64,000 nucleotides of DNA, from NCBI GenBank assembly GCA_021325135.1, contig JAJPHT010000020.1, positions 23,377-87,376 of the forward strand, given 5' to 3'. Source of the DNA: Pseudomonadota bacterium. GTDB taxonomy: Archaea > Thermoplasmatota > SW-10-69-26 > JACQPN01 > JAJPHT01. Position numbers and translations under genes: made by a program. Every line of letters starts with the position of its first letter. Within the stretch, counting starts at the first letter, position 1. The notes beneath the pieces were generated by a model that was given only the letters and a program-made list of their open reading frames with translations, was not told where the DNA came from and searched no databases. Positions 41,072-51,158 of this stretch are shown one piece after another.

Positions 41072-41100
41072 GACGCCTCCTCATCGGGAGCCCGTGCGCT

Positions 41101-42753
41101 TCAAGCTATGCTCCCGGCGTCCAGCGCGAGACCCAGGGGGCCCCACGCCTGCTGCGCCTGCGCGGCGGCGGCGCGCGCGTCGGCGCCGGGGGCAAGCGGC
41201 GCCACCACCACGGCGCCCAGGGGCTTGCCCGCGCCTGCCACGAGGCTGGCGCTGCTCCACGCGACGTCCGCGGGGCCGCCCTCCACGGATTCCACCGCGA
41301 CGGCGACGCGCCCCACGCGGTCGTCCCCCAGGACGAGGCGAGTCGTGAGCAGCGTGCCCGGGGCCCAGTCCGGGGTTGATAGCACGAGCGTGCGCGAGCG
41401 GGTGACGTTGTCCAGCGCGGCCTGCGCGCTGGGCCAGCGCCCTCCGGGGGGCATGCTCCAGGGGGGATCGCCCGGCCCGCCGAAGGCGAGGAGCCGCAGG
41501 CCGGGGACGGGGCGCGACTCCGCAGCGGCGATCTCGCCCACGGGCGTCTCCAGCATGGCGGCCAGCGAGGGCGCGGCGAGCCCGGGGACCGGAGGCAGCT
41601 TCGCGACGTCCACGTCCAGGGGCGCGCGGAAGAGGAGCGCGCCCTTCGCGGCGGGGGCGGGCCCGGGGCCTTGAGGCGCGGGGCGCGCGCGCAGGCCCAG
41701 GGCGACGGCGTCCGCGCTGCGGTTGCGCGCGTCGGAAAGCGCAGGCAGGAGGGCGGGCGAGGCGACGACCACGAGCCCCGAGGCCTCGTCGGCGCGCGCT
41801 CCCGTGAGGCGCTGCGCGTCGGCGGGGGTGAGGAGGGCGACGCCCGCGGGGATCGCGCGCTCGACGAGGCGCGAGACGCGGAGCGTCGCCTGCTCGTCGC
41901 GGCCCCATGATAGCAATTCCCGCGTCTGGGCCGGGCCGTCGGGCTCGACCACGAGGCGGTCGTCGAACCACGTGTAGCCCGGCTCGCGCACGCGCACGAT
42001 GCCCGCCGCCGCGCCGTTGAGCGTCGTCTTGTTGCTCTCCAGGCGGAAGCGGATCGTCCACGCGCCGGGCGCGATCGGCCCGTCCACCGTCGCGAGCGTG
42101 GGGCGCGCCAGTTCGTCCAGCGTCGCGTTCCACGGGGTGCGCTCGCCCGAGGGGCTCTCGAAGGAGCCGTTCCACCACGCGGGCAGGCCTCCAGGGCCAA
42201 GCTCCGCGCCTTCGGGGATGAACGCGAGGTCCTGCGAGTCGGGCGGCACCGCGAGGCGGATCGCGAGCTGGCCGCCCTCGGGCGGAAGGAAGCAGACGGT
42301 CGCCGTGGGCGTCCTGTCGCACGGGCGGATGCGTTCCATCTCGTAGCCCGCGGTCACGAGAGGCTTGGGGAACGTCGAGGCGCGCAGCGCGAGCGCGTCC
42401 CCCGCCGCGAGGCCGTTCGCGCGGGCCCACGTCCCGTTGAGCGCGATCTCTCCTGGGGCGGGCGGGTCCAGGGCGCCCGTGGCGTCGAGCGCGCGCGCCG
42501 CGCCCAGGTCCAGCGAGGCGAAGTCCAGCGCGAAGGGCTCGCCGTGGGCCGTGGCGACGCCGCCGCCGAACCATGCGGCGCCCGCGGCGGAGGGGCCCTG
42601 CGCGTCGGCGAGGAGGCCCCGCATGCTCGCCTCGGGGAGGGGCCAGCGCCCGTCGACGGCGAGGAGCATGGGCCCGGCGGGCGCGTCGCCCGCCTTGGGC
42701 GCGCTGCACCCCGCGAGGAGGGCCAGGACCAGGAGGGGCCGGAGGGCGCGCAA
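41101..42753 (-). CDS. putative lipoprotein, unknown function
   Basis: TTG start gives (M)RALRPLLVLALLAGC lipobox. 550 aa. The upstream 148 codons of the track ORF are Arg/Pro/Ser junk. Confidence 0.55.
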   Translation of the reverse strand: MRALRPLLVLALLAGCSAPKAGDAPAGPMLLAVDGRWPLPEASMRGLLADAQGPSAAGAAWFGGGVATAHGEPFALDFASLDLGAARALDATGALDPPAPGEIALNGTWARANGLAAGDALALRASTFPKPLVTAGYEMERIRPCDRTPTATVCFLPPEGGQLAIRLAVPPDSQDLAFIPEGAELGPGGLPAWWNGSFESPSGERTPWNATLDELARPTLATVDGPIAPGAWTIRFRLESNKTTLNGAAAGIVRVREPGYTWFDDRLVVEPDGPAQTRELLSWGRDEQATLRVSRLVERAIPAGVALLTPADAQRLTGARADEASGLVVVASPALLPALSDARNRSADAVALGLRARPAPQGPGPAPAAKGALLFRAPLDVDVAKLPPVPGLAAPSLAAMLETPVGEIAAAESRPVPGLRLLAFGGPGDPPWSMPPGGRWPSAQAALDNVTRSRTLVLSTPDWAPGTLLTTRLVLGDDRVGRVAVAVESVEGGPADVAWSSASLVAGAGKPLGAVVVAPLAPGADARAAAAQAQQAWGPLGLALDAGSIA

Positions 42754-42826
42754 CGCGGCGCGCAGGGCGGCGCAGGGACTTGAAGGGCGCGCAAGGTCGA
42801 TAGGGGGCGACCGGCCTGCGCGGCGC

Positions 42827-44062
42827 GTGACCCGCGGCGCTGCCCTCCTCGCCCTCGCGCTCCTGCTTTCGGGCTGCGCCTCGGTGGGCCCCTCGGGGTC
42901 GCCCACGCGCGCCACGCAGGCGACGCCTGGCGCCAGCGCCCCCTTCCTGGCCACGGACCTGGGCCCCGGCGGCCCCGAGCCCGTCGTGCGGCTGACGCCC
43001 GAGGGCGCGCTGGCCGTCGCGGCGCAGGACCCCGAGGGCGGAGGCCCGCGCGTGTGGATCTCCCACGACCAGGGCGCCACGTTCGCCCTCAGCCGCGTCA
43101 ACGCGCAAGGGGCAGGCGAGGTGGACCTCGCGGCGGCGAGCGGGGCGCTCTTCGTCACGCAGCTTGGCACCAGCGGCAACGTCGTCTCCGTCTCCAAGGA
43201 CGGCGGCCAGTCGTGGCAGACCTCGCCCCTGGGGCCGCAGTCGCAGTACTTCGACCGCGAGTGGCTGGGCGTCGACGACGCGGGGCACGTCTACATCGTC
43301 TCGCGGCCCCGGGGCGACAACACGGCGAGCCAGGTGTCGCGCAGCGACGACAATGGGCTCACGTTCCTGCCGCAGGGGGACCCGTGGGACGCGGCGCACG
43401 AGCCGGGCCTGACCAACGGCAACCTCGTGCCCTGGAGCGGCGGGCTCTCCATGCCCTACGTCTGCCGCGACGGCGCGGGCGTGTGCGTCGCCACGAGCAA
43501 GGACAAGGGTGTCACCTGGACGCGCTCCCTGGCGCGGGAGAGCGCCGCGGGCGTCGCGCACGTCTACGCAAGCCTCGCGGCCACCTCGTCGGGGCTCCTC
43601 GTCGCGTGGAGCGAGCCGGTGGACGGGCGCCTCGCGGTCTTCGCCTCCTCCAGCGCGGATGGCGCCTCGTGGAGCGCGCCCGTGCGCGTCTCGGGGAAGG
43701 GGGAGAGCGCGCTGGAGCCGTGGCCCGCGGCGCGGGGGGGCACGGCGTGGATCGCCTACCTCTCCACCGACGTCCCGCTGGACGCAGGCGACGCCTCGGG
43801 GGCCGCCAACGCGCGCTGGACGCCCATGGCGGCGCGCGTCGACGCGCACGGCGCGCCGCAGGGCGCCCCCCGCGCGCTCACGTCCGGGCCCGTGCATCCG
43901 GGCCCCGTCTCGCCCCCCGTGGGCCGGGGCGGCGGCGCCGCGCCCAACCGCCTCTTCGGCGACTTCTTCACCGCGATCGTGGACTCCCGCGGCAAGCTCG
44001 TGGTCGCGCTGGAGAAGGACGACGGGACCGCGAGCCGGGACCTTGTTCTCCGCGAGCCCTGA
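42827..44062 (+). CDS. BNR/sialidase-like beta-propeller lipoprotein (paralog)
   Basis: GTG start gives (M)TRGAALLALALLLSGC. BNR motifs SHDQGATF, SKDGGQSW, SDDNGLTF, SKDKGVTW, SADGASW. Confidence 0.7.
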   Translation: MTRGAALLALALLLSGCASVGPSGSPTRATQATPGASAPFLATDLGPGGPEPVVRLTPEGALAVAAQDPEGGGPRVWISHDQGATFALSRVNAQGAGEVDLAAASGALFVTQLGTSGNVVSVSKDGGQSWQTSPLGPQSQYFDREWLGVDDAGHVYIVSRPRGDNTASQVSRSDDNGLTFLPQGDPWDAAHEPGLTNGNLVPWSGGLSMPYVCRDGAGVCVATSKDKGVTWTRSLARESAAGVAHVYASLAATSSGLLVAWSEPVDGRLAVFASSSADGASWSAPVRVSGKGESALEPWPAARGGTAWIAYLSTDVPLDAGDASGAANARWTPMAARVDAHGAPQGAPRALTSGPVHPGPVSPPVGRGGGAAPNRLFGDFFTAIVDSRGKLVVALEKDDGTASRDLVLREP

Positions 44063-44145
44063 GGCCCAACCTGTATAGAGTCCCAGGAGAAGGCTTAATC
44101 GGGCCAAGCCGCTGGCCGCCACCGGAGCTTTGGAGGCTTCCCAGC

Positions 44146-47100
44146 TTGACCGCCGATCCCAACCGCCGCGCCCGGGCCGCCATCGCCGCCCTCCTCTTCC
44201 TCCTCCCCGCCGGGAGCGCCCTCCTCCACGTGGCCGACGCGGCCAGCGGGACCAACGTCGTCACCGACCCCGCGGGCGACAACACGGGCGGCGGCCCCCA
44301 GGCGGACGTGCTCCGCGTGGGCGCCAGCAACGACGCCTCCAAGCTCTACTTCTACGTCGAAGTGGGTAGCACGTCGCCCCCCGCGGCGGACGTCGAGTAC
44401 CAGGTGGACTTCACCGCGCCCGGCCAGCCCCCCTCGGCCCGGCAGTACAGCATCGTTGCGACCTACAGCGCGTCGGGCTCCATGGGCCCCGCCACGCTGG
44501 ACTTCCTCACCGACGTCACGGGCTCCAGCGCGCGCACCGAGCAGGCCTCCATCGTGGGCGACGAGATCGTCTTCGCCATGAGCCGCGCCGACGTGAGCAG
44601 CCCGCCCACGGGCGCGACGTTCACCGCCATCGACGCGCTGACCTACCCGCCCGCCGACCCCACCACCACGTGGGACGACACCTCCAGCGGCTCCTACACC
44701 ATGGCGGCGCCCACGCCGGCCACGCCCAGCGCGCCCTCCATCACCGGCGCCGCGGGCAGCCCCTCCAGCGTCGCGCTCTCGTGGAGCGCGCCCGCCAGCA
44801 GCGGCTCCTCCTCCGTGACCGGCTACAAGGTGTACCGCGGCACGACCAGCGGCGGCGAGACCCTGCTCGCCACGCTGGGCAACGTGCTCAGCTACGCCGA
44901 CTCCGCCGTCTCCGCGGGCCAGACCTACTTCTACCAGGTCAGCGCGGTGAACTCCGCGGGCGAGGGCCCCCGCAGCGCCGAGGCCTCCGCCACCGTGGCC
45001 GCGCCCACGCTGCCCGGCGCGGTGCAGGGCCTCTCCGCCACCGCGGGCGATGGCAAGGCCACGCTCTCGTGGAGCGCGCCCGCCAGCGACGGCGGGAGCC
45101 CCATCACGGCCTACCAGGTCTTCCAGGGCAGCGCGCCGGGCGCCGAGGGCCCCACGGCCGTCGCCACCGTCGCCGGCGCCAGCGCCACCCTCACGGGCCT
45201 CGCCAACGGGCAGACCTACTACTTCCGCGTCCGCGCGCAGAACGCCGTCGGCCTCGGCCCCGAAGGGAGCGAGGTCACGGTGACGCCGTCGCTCGCCGAC
45301 GCGCCCACCGCGTTCGAGGACTACCACAACACGCTGGGCGACACCTCCAGCGCGGGCGAGCCCAGCCTCGGCGTCGACCAGGAGACCGGCGCGGTCCTCT
45401 ACACCTCGGGCTTCAACACGTACAAGATCACCAACCTGCGCCCCAACGCCGACGCGCGGACGCCGGGCGCCGCGACGTGGGCCGACGTGAGCAACGTCAA
45501 GTTCGCGCCCACCGTGCTGGGCGACCCCATCGGCTGGCTCGACCGCCACACCAACCGCTTCTTCCAGGCCGAGCTCCTCGTGCCGCCCGACTGCAGCCAG
45601 ATGGGCTACACGGACGACGGCGGCGCCACCTGGAACGTGAGCGACGGCTCGTGCAACACGCCCAACGGCGAGGACCACGAGACCGTGGGCGGCGGCCCCT
45701 TCCACGGCGAGAAGGGCCCTCAGCTTGGCAGCGCGTACCCCGACTCGGTCTACTACTGCACGCAGGCCAACGCGCTGGCCACGTGCGCCGTCTCCGAGGA
45801 CGGCGGCGTGACGTTCCAGCCCGCCCGCGTCATCTACCACACGATCCTCAACCAGAACACCATCGCCACGGCGGACGGCGCGGACCCCTCGGGCTTCTGC
45901 TTCAACCTGCATGGCCACGTGAAGGTCTCGCCCACCGGCATCGCCGCGGTGCCCAACAAGAACTGCTACACCACGGGCTCCCAGGAGACGAAGGGCGGCG
46001 TCACGACGTCGGACGACGGCAACACGTGGCGCATCTTCTCCATCCCCAGCAGCACGCAGGACCCCAACGGCGGCGACGACGACCCCAGCCTCGACTGGAG
46101 CCAGTCCCGCGCGCCGGGCGCCACGCACGACCGCCTCTGGTACGGCTACTACGACGGCGACCACCACATGAAGATCGCCCACAGCGACGACCTGGGCGCG
46201 ACGTGGTCCCCGAGCTTCGACGTGGGCGCCAGCCTCGGCCTCGTGAACACCAAGTTCCCCGAGGTCGTCGCAGGCGACTGGGACCGCGCCGCCATCGCCT
46301 TCCTGGGCTCCGCCACCGCGGGCGACAACCAGGCCTCCGGCTTCAACGGCGTCTGGCACCTCTACGTCGCGACCACCTACGACGGCGGCCAGACGTGGAC
46401 CACCGTCAAGGCCAGCACGGACCCTGTGCAGAAGGGCTGCATCAGCATGGGCGGCACCACCAGCAGCACGTGCCGCAACCTGCTTGACTTCATGGACGCG
46501 CAGCTGGACGCCACCGGCCATGTCGCGGTCGCCTACCCCGACGGGTGCGAAGGCGCCTGCGCCGCGGACGAGAACCCGCACGCGTGGTCCTCCTCCTACA
46601 GCAACGACGCGGCGCCCGCCCTGGCCTACCAGAGCGGCGGCCGCGGCCTGCTCTCCGCCTTCGACACGTCGAAGACCGTCCCCGCGGCGCCCGTCATCAT
46701 GGCCTCCGCGGGCAACGGCCTCGTGCGCCTCCAGTGGGCGCCGCCCAACGACGGCAACAGCCCCATCACGGGCTACCTCGTCGAGCGCGACGGCTCGCTC
46801 CTCGCCACGCTGGGCGCGGTCGCGAGCTTCGAGGACCGCAGCGTCGCCAACGGCGCGACCTACGGCTACCAGGTGGCCGCCATCAACTCCGTGGGCACCG
46901 GCGCCCTGAGCGCGCCCGTCTCCGCGACGCCCTTCTTCGACGACCAGGCGCCCACGCAGGTCACGGACCTCCAGGCCAGCGCGGCGGCGGACCACGCCAT
47001 CTCGCTCCTTTGGGACGCCTCCAGCGACGACCACGGCGTCGACCACTATGATATCATCCGCGACGGCGCGGTGGTCGCCAGCGTCAGCAGCGCCACGACG

Positions 47101-49989
47101 GCGTTCGCGGACTCGGGCCTCCAGAACGGCCGCGCGTACGGCTACCGCGTCGTCGCGGTGGACGCCAGCGGCAACGCGGCGCCCGAGAGCGACGCGGTCA
47201 CCGCGAAGCCCGTCCGCACCCTCTCCGCGGCCCTCGTGGCGGCGGACGGGACAGGGGACGCGACCGGCGGGGCGCCCGCAAGCGCGGACCTCCAGGGCGC
47301 GGGCCTGGGCTACGACGGCAGCAACCTGCGCGTCGAGTGGCCCATCGCCGACCTCGCGGCCGCGCCCACGACGATCCGCCACGACATGGCGTTCACCATC
47401 AACTCGCAGAACTACGTCTTCGAGTACGAGCGCGGCGGCACGCGCTGCAATCTCTACACGCAGACCAGCGCCGCGGGCTTCGACCCCGTCGCCAACGCCA
47501 ACCCGTACACCTGCGGCGTGGACGCGGCGCGCGGCGTCGTCTGGGGCCTCGTGCCCAACGCCGCGCTGCGCAACGTCCTCGTGGCGGGCGCGCAGGTCAC
47601 CGGCGTCTCCGCCGACACCTGCATGCTGGACACCTCCAGCGGCGGCGTCACGGGCCTCTCGTGCTACTCGCCCCCCCGCGGCGACCGCGCGCCCGACGCC
47701 GGCTCCGCGACCTACGTCGTGGGCACGCCCAACTCGGCGGGCCACGTCGTCATGGGCGGCCTCGGGGACCAGGCCGGCGCCGAGGGCAGCCTGGTATCGT
47801 TCCAGGTGCCCGCGACGAGCCCCGAGGGCGACAAGGTCGCCTTCTCGGCGACCGGCCTCCCCGCCGGCGCGACGCTGGACCCCGACACGGGCGCCTTCTC
47901 GTGGACGCCCACCTTCGCGCAGGCGGGCCGCTACCCCGTGACGCTCACGGCGGACGACGGCGCGGCCAGCGCGACGAAGGCGATCAACCTCACCATCGCC
48001 AACGTCGACCGCGCGCCAGTCCTCGACGCGGTGGCCGACCAGACGGTGGCGGGCGGCTCGTCCCTCGCGCTGGCGCTCCACGCCACCGACGCGGACGGCG
48101 ACGCGCTGACCTACGGCGGCGCCAACCTGCCGCCCGGCGCCACGGTGGACGCCGCGACGGGCGCCTTCCGCTTCGCGCCCCCGGCCCACGCCGCCGCGAG
48201 CTACCCCGGCGTCGTGCTCTCCGCCTTCGACGGCGAGAAGTACGGCAACCAGACCTTTGATATCATGGTCACGGACGTGGAGACGGCGCCCGCGCTGGAC
48301 GCCATCGCGGACCAGACCGTGGCCGAGGGCGGCTCCATCGCCTTCCAGGCGCGCGCGACGGACGCCGAGGGCGACGCGCTCGCCTACGCCATCGAGGGCG
48401 CGCCGGAGGGCGCCTCCTTCGACCCGCAGACGGGCGCCTTCTCCTACGCGGCGCCCTTCGCGACGGGCCACGACTCGCCCGCCTACGCGCTGCGCGTCAC
48501 GGTCAGCGACGGCGAGCAGAGCGCGGAGCGCGACCTCACGCTCACCGTGGCGGACGTGGACCGCGCGCCGGCCTTCGGCCCCCTGGAGAACGTGAAGGTC
48601 AACGAGACGGAGCCCATCTCCTTCCCGGTGAGCGCCACCGACGCGGACCTCGACGCGGTGACGCTCTCCGCGGACAGCCTCCCCGAGGGCGCGACGTTCG
48701 ACGACGGCCAATTCTCCTGGACGCCCACCTTCGACCAGTCGGGCAACTACCCCGTCGCGTTCCACGCGTCGGACGGCATCGCCACGACGACGCGCACGGT
48801 CATCCTCACCGTGGGCGCCGTCGACCGCGCGCCCATCTTCGACGCGACGCCCGACCAGGCCGGCGCCGAGGGGAGCTTGCTGTCGTTCGCCGTCCACGCC
48901 GCGGACCCCGACGGCGACGCGGTGGCCTACCACGCCACGGGCCTGCCCCAGGGCGCGACGCTGGACGCGCAGACGGGCGCCTTCTCGTGGACGCCCGGCT
49001 TCACGCAGGCGGGCAGCTACGCGGTGACGTTCACCGCCAGCGACTCGCAGCTCTCGGTCAACGAGACGGTGGCCCTCGCCATCGCCGACGTGGACCGCGC
49101 GCCCGTCGTCGCGCCCCCGCAGGCGGTCAACGTCCTGGAGGGCACGCCCATCCAGCTCGTCGTCCACGCGGCGGACCCCGACGGCACCGCGGTCGCGCTG
49201 AGCGCGGCCGGCCTCCCAGAGGGCGCGACGTTCGCGGACCACGGCGACGGCACCGGCAGCTTCGCGTGGACCCCCGCGCCCGGCGCGCACGGCGCCTACG
49301 CGCCCTCGTTCACGGCGACGTCCAACGGGCTTTCGGGCTCCGCGACGCTGGGCCTCACGGTGCGCTTCCGCGCGAACTTCACGGTGGACGCCACGGACCC
49401 CACGACGATCCACGCCTCGCCCGGCCAGGCGGTCGACCTCGACGCGGTGGTGACGAACCTCGGCGTCGAGCCCGACTCGTTCTCCTTCGGCCTCGCGCAG
49501 ACGCAGGCCTGGGGAGGCGCCGCCCCCGCGACGACGAACCTCGCCGCGGGCGAGAGCCGGCACGTGACGGTCCACCTGGTGGCGCCCGCCAGCGGCACCC
49601 TCGACCGCGTGAACCTCACCGTCTCGTCGCTGGGCCAGCCCGGCGCATCGAAGACGGCGAGCTGGACCGCGGACGTGCCGCTGGTGCTCAGCGTGCGCCT
49701 TGACAGCGCAAGCCTGCACCCCTGGCAGCGCCCCGCGGGCGTCGTGCGCGCCACGCACCTCGACGGCTCCCCCGCCGCGGGCGTGGCCGTGACCCTCGCC
49801 CAGGCCTCGGACGCGCTGGCCCTGGCGGCCTCCACGCTCTCGGGCCACGCGGACGCCAACGGCCTGTGGTTCTTCGACTTCGGCAGCGACGCCATGGCGC
49901 GCGCCCCCGGCAGCCACACCCTGGCCGCCACGGCGGGCCTCGCCGGCGTCGCGCCCACGCGCGTCGCCACGGCCTACACCGTCGGCTAG
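44146..49989 (+). CDS. giant secreted surface protein: FN3 x4, BNR propeller, six cadherin-like/putative-Ig repeats, CARDB-like C-terminal domains
   Basis: TTG start with GGAGG 9 nt upstream. Signal-like AAIAALLFLLPAGSALL. FN3 blocks (SWSAP...GY.VYRG). BNR domain about 45300-46650. Six ~90-aa DVDRAP...TDADGD...GATLD..TGAFSWTP units. Confidence 0.8.
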   Translation: MTADPNRRARAAIAALLFLLPAGSALLHVADAASGTNVVTDPAGDNTGGGPQADVLRVGASNDASKLYFYVEVGSTSPPAADVEYQVDFTAPGQPPSARQYSIVATYSASGSMGPATLDFLTDVTGSSARTEQASIVGDEIVFAMSRADVSSPPTGATFTAIDALTYPPADPTTTWDDTSSGSYTMAAPTPATPSAPSITGAAGSPSSVALSWSAPASSGSSSVTGYKVYRGTTSGGETLLATLGNVLSYADSAVSAGQTYFYQVSAVNSAGEGPRSAEASATVAAPTLPGAVQGLSATAGDGKATLSWSAPASDGGSPITAYQVFQGSAPGAEGPTAVATVAGASATLTGLANGQTYYFRVRAQNAVGLGPEGSEVTVTPSLADAPTAFEDYHNTLGDTSSAGEPSLGVDQETGAVLYTSGFNTYKITNLRPNADARTPGAATWADVSNVKFAPTVLGDPIGWLDRHTNRFFQAELLVPPDCSQMGYTDDGGATWNVSDGSCNTPNGEDHETVGGGPFHGEKGPQLGSAYPDSVYYCTQANALATCAVSEDGGVTFQPARVIYHTILNQNTIATADGADPSGFCFNLHGHVKVSPTGIAAVPNKNCYTTGSQETKGGVTTSDDGNTWRIFSIPSSTQDPNGGDDDPSLDWSQSRAPGATHDRLWYGYYDGDHHMKIAHSDDLGATWSPSFDVGASLGLVNTKFPEVVAGDWDRAAIAFLGSATAGDNQASGFNGVWHLYVATTYDGGQTWTTVKASTDPVQKGCISMGGTTSSTCRNLLDFMDAQLDATGHVAVAYPDGCEGACAADENPHAWSSSYSNDAAPALAYQSGGRGLLSAFDTSKTVPAAPVIMASAGNGLVRLQWAPPNDGNSPITGYLVERDGSLLATLGAVASFEDRSVANGATYGYQVAAINSVGTGALSAPVSATPFFDDQAPTQVTDLQASAAADHAISLLWDASSDDHGVDHYDIIRDGAVVASVSSATTAFADSGLQNGRAYGYRVVAVDASGNAAPESDAVTAKPVRTLSAALVAADGTGDATGGAPASADLQGAGLGYDGSNLRVEWPIADLAAAPTTIRHDMAFTINSQNYVFEYERGGTRCNLYTQTSAAGFDPVANANPYTCGVDAARGVVWGLVPNAALRNVLVAGAQVTGVSADTCMLDTSSGGVTGLSCYSPPRGDRAPDAGSATYVVGTPNSAGHVVMGGLGDQAGAEGSLVSFQVPATSPEGDKVAFSATGLPAGATLDPDTGAFSWTPTFAQAGRYPVTLTADDGAASATKAINLTIANVDRAPVLDAVADQTVAGGSSLALALHATDADGDALTYGGANLPPGATVDAATGAFRFAPPAHAAASYPGVVLSAFDGEKYGNQTFDIMVTDVETAPALDAIADQTVAEGGSIAFQARATDAEGDALAYAIEGAPEGASFDPQTGAFSYAAPFATGHDSPAYALRVTVSDGEQSAERDLTLTVADVDRAPAFGPLENVKVNETEPISFPVSATDADLDAVTLSADSLPEGATFDDGQFSWTPTFDQSGNYPVAFHASDGIATTTRTVILTVGAVDRAPIFDATPDQAGAEGSLLSFAVHAADPDGDAVAYHATGLPQGATLDAQTGAFSWTPGFTQAGSYAVTFTASDSQLSVNETVALAIADVDRAPVVAPPQAVNVLEGTPIQLVVHAADPDGTAVALSAAGLPEGATFADHGDGTGSFAWTPAPGAHGAYAPSFTATSNGLSGSATLGLTVRFRANFTVDATDPTTIHASPGQAVDLDAVVTNLGVEPDSFSFGLAQTQAWGGAAPATTNLAAGESRHVTVHLVAPASGTLDRVNLTVSSLGQPGASKTASWTADVPLVLSVRLDSASLHPWQRPAGVVRATHLDGSPAAGVAVTLAQASDALALAASTLSGHADANGLWFFDFGSDAMARAPGSHTLAATAGLAGVAPTRVATAYTVG
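47740..49362 (+). repeat. six tandem ~270-280-nt coding repeats (cadherin-like/putative Ig units) within the giant surface protein gene
   Basis: Units start near 47740, 47998, 48271, 48550, 48814 and 49084. Each encodes (A/T)DV(D/E)(R/T)AP...ATDA(D/E)GD...P.GAT.D..TGAFSWTP...Y.V..TA.D. Confidence 0.8.
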
Positions 49990-50066
49990 CGAGCCGCCAC
50001 CCCGCCGGGCGCTGCGCCCCCGCGCCCGGCCCCTCCCTTTTTCTGCCCTCGCCACGTTGCCCCAGC

Positions 50067-50705
50067 GTGCTCGCCGGAGTCGACGAAGCCGGGCGCGGCC
50101 CCGTGCTCGGGCCCCTCGTGGTGGCCGCCGTCCTCATCGAGTCCGACAAGCCGCTGCGCAAGCTGGGCGTCAAGGACTCCAAGCAGCTCTCCCCCAAGCG
50201 CCGCGAGGAGATGGCGCCGCAGATCCGCGAGCTTTGCCGCGCCACCGCGCTGCGCGTCGTCCACGCCGAGGAATTGAACGCGCGCATGCCGGGGGAGAAC
50301 CTCAACGAGATCGAGGTCGACGCCTTCGCCGAGCTGCTGCGCCACCTGGCGCCCCACACGGCGGTCCTCGACGCGTGCGACGTCAACGCCGAGCGCTTCG
50401 GCCAGCGCGTGGGCGCCCGCCTCGCCGCGCCCTGCGTCATCCGCTCCGAGCACGAGGCCGACGCGCGCCACCCCGTCGTCGCGGCCGCCAGCATCCTCGC
50501 CAAGGTCGAGCGCGACCGGATCGTCGCCGAGCTTGCCGCCCAGCACGGCGCCCTGGGCAGCGGCTACAGCCATGACGTGGCCACCACGACCTGGCTGAAG
50601 GACTACGTGGCCCGCCACAACGCCCTTCCCGCCTTCGCCCGCCGCGAATGGGAGACCGCCCGCCGCCTCCTCAAGAAGGACCGCACCCTCCTCGAGTTCG
50701 GGTGA
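50067..50705 (+). CDS. rnhB: ribonuclease HII
   Basis: (V)LAGVDEAGRGPVLGPLVVA, KDSKQLS, ADARHPVVAAASILAKV, and GSGY motifs. Confidence 0.85.
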   Translation: MLAGVDEAGRGPVLGPLVVAAVLIESDKPLRKLGVKDSKQLSPKRREEMAPQIRELCRATALRVVHAEELNARMPGENLNEIEVDAFAELLRHLAPHTAVLDACDVNAERFGQRVGARLAAPCVIRSEHEADARHPVVAAASILAKVERDRIVAELAAQHGALGSGYSHDVATTTWLKDYVARHNALPAFARREWETARRLLKKDRTLLEFG

Positions 50706-50762
50706 CCCGGGCCCCAGGGCCCCAGCCGCAGGACCTAAGCCTCCCGCCCCCCTCCGCCCCTT

Positions 50763-51158
50763 GTGAGCGCCGCGCAATCTTCATCGTCGCCCGCGCCTGC
50801 ACGCCCCACGATGATCCAGTCGGTGGAGGAGGCCGTCAAGCGGATGGAGGCCGGGTTCTGGCGCCGCTACAACGCCAGCCCCGACCTCCAGAGGAAGCTC
50901 GCCGGCAAGACCCGCGTCATCCAGCTGGCCATCCCCGACGCCGACTCCTACTGGTTCCACATCGTGGACGGCAAGATCCACGACATCCAGCAGGGCCAGC
51001 ACGAGAAGCCCGACGCGCAGGTCACCGTCCACAAGGCCGACCTCCTGGCCGTCCTCAACGGCGAGATGAAGGCCATGCAGGCCTACCTCTCGGGCAAGGT
51101 GAAGGTGCGCGCCGGGCTCTCCGACCTCCTCTTCGCCAAGAGCCTGCTGGGCGCCTAA
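50763..51158 (+). CDS. SCP2 sterol-binding domain protein
   Basis: C-terminal LLAVLNGEMKAMQAYLSGKVKVRAGLSDLL is a typical SCP2 signature. GTG 50763 fits the upstream TATA-like CCTAAG; alternative ATG at 50811. Confidence 0.65.
   Translation: MSAAQSSSSPAPARPTMIQSVEEAVKRMEAGFWRRYNASPDLQRKLAGKTRVIQLAIPDADSYWFHIVDGKIHDIQQGQHEKPDAQVTVHKADLLAVLNGEMKAMQAYLSGKVKVRAGLSDLLFAKSLLGA

Noticed and set aside
44095-50055. 1986-aa ORF antisense to the giant surface protein gene. Similar very long ORFs occur at 41081..44122 (-), 5546..8143 (-), 8417..10129 (-), 21231..23282 (-) and 19932..23078 (+, upstream part).
   Set aside because: The translations are Arg/Gly/Ala/Pro/His-rich low-complexity strings with no domain signatures. 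They overlap ORFs that have clear motifs (FN3, BNR, LipA and others). Long stop-free alternative frames are expected in DNA this GC-rich.
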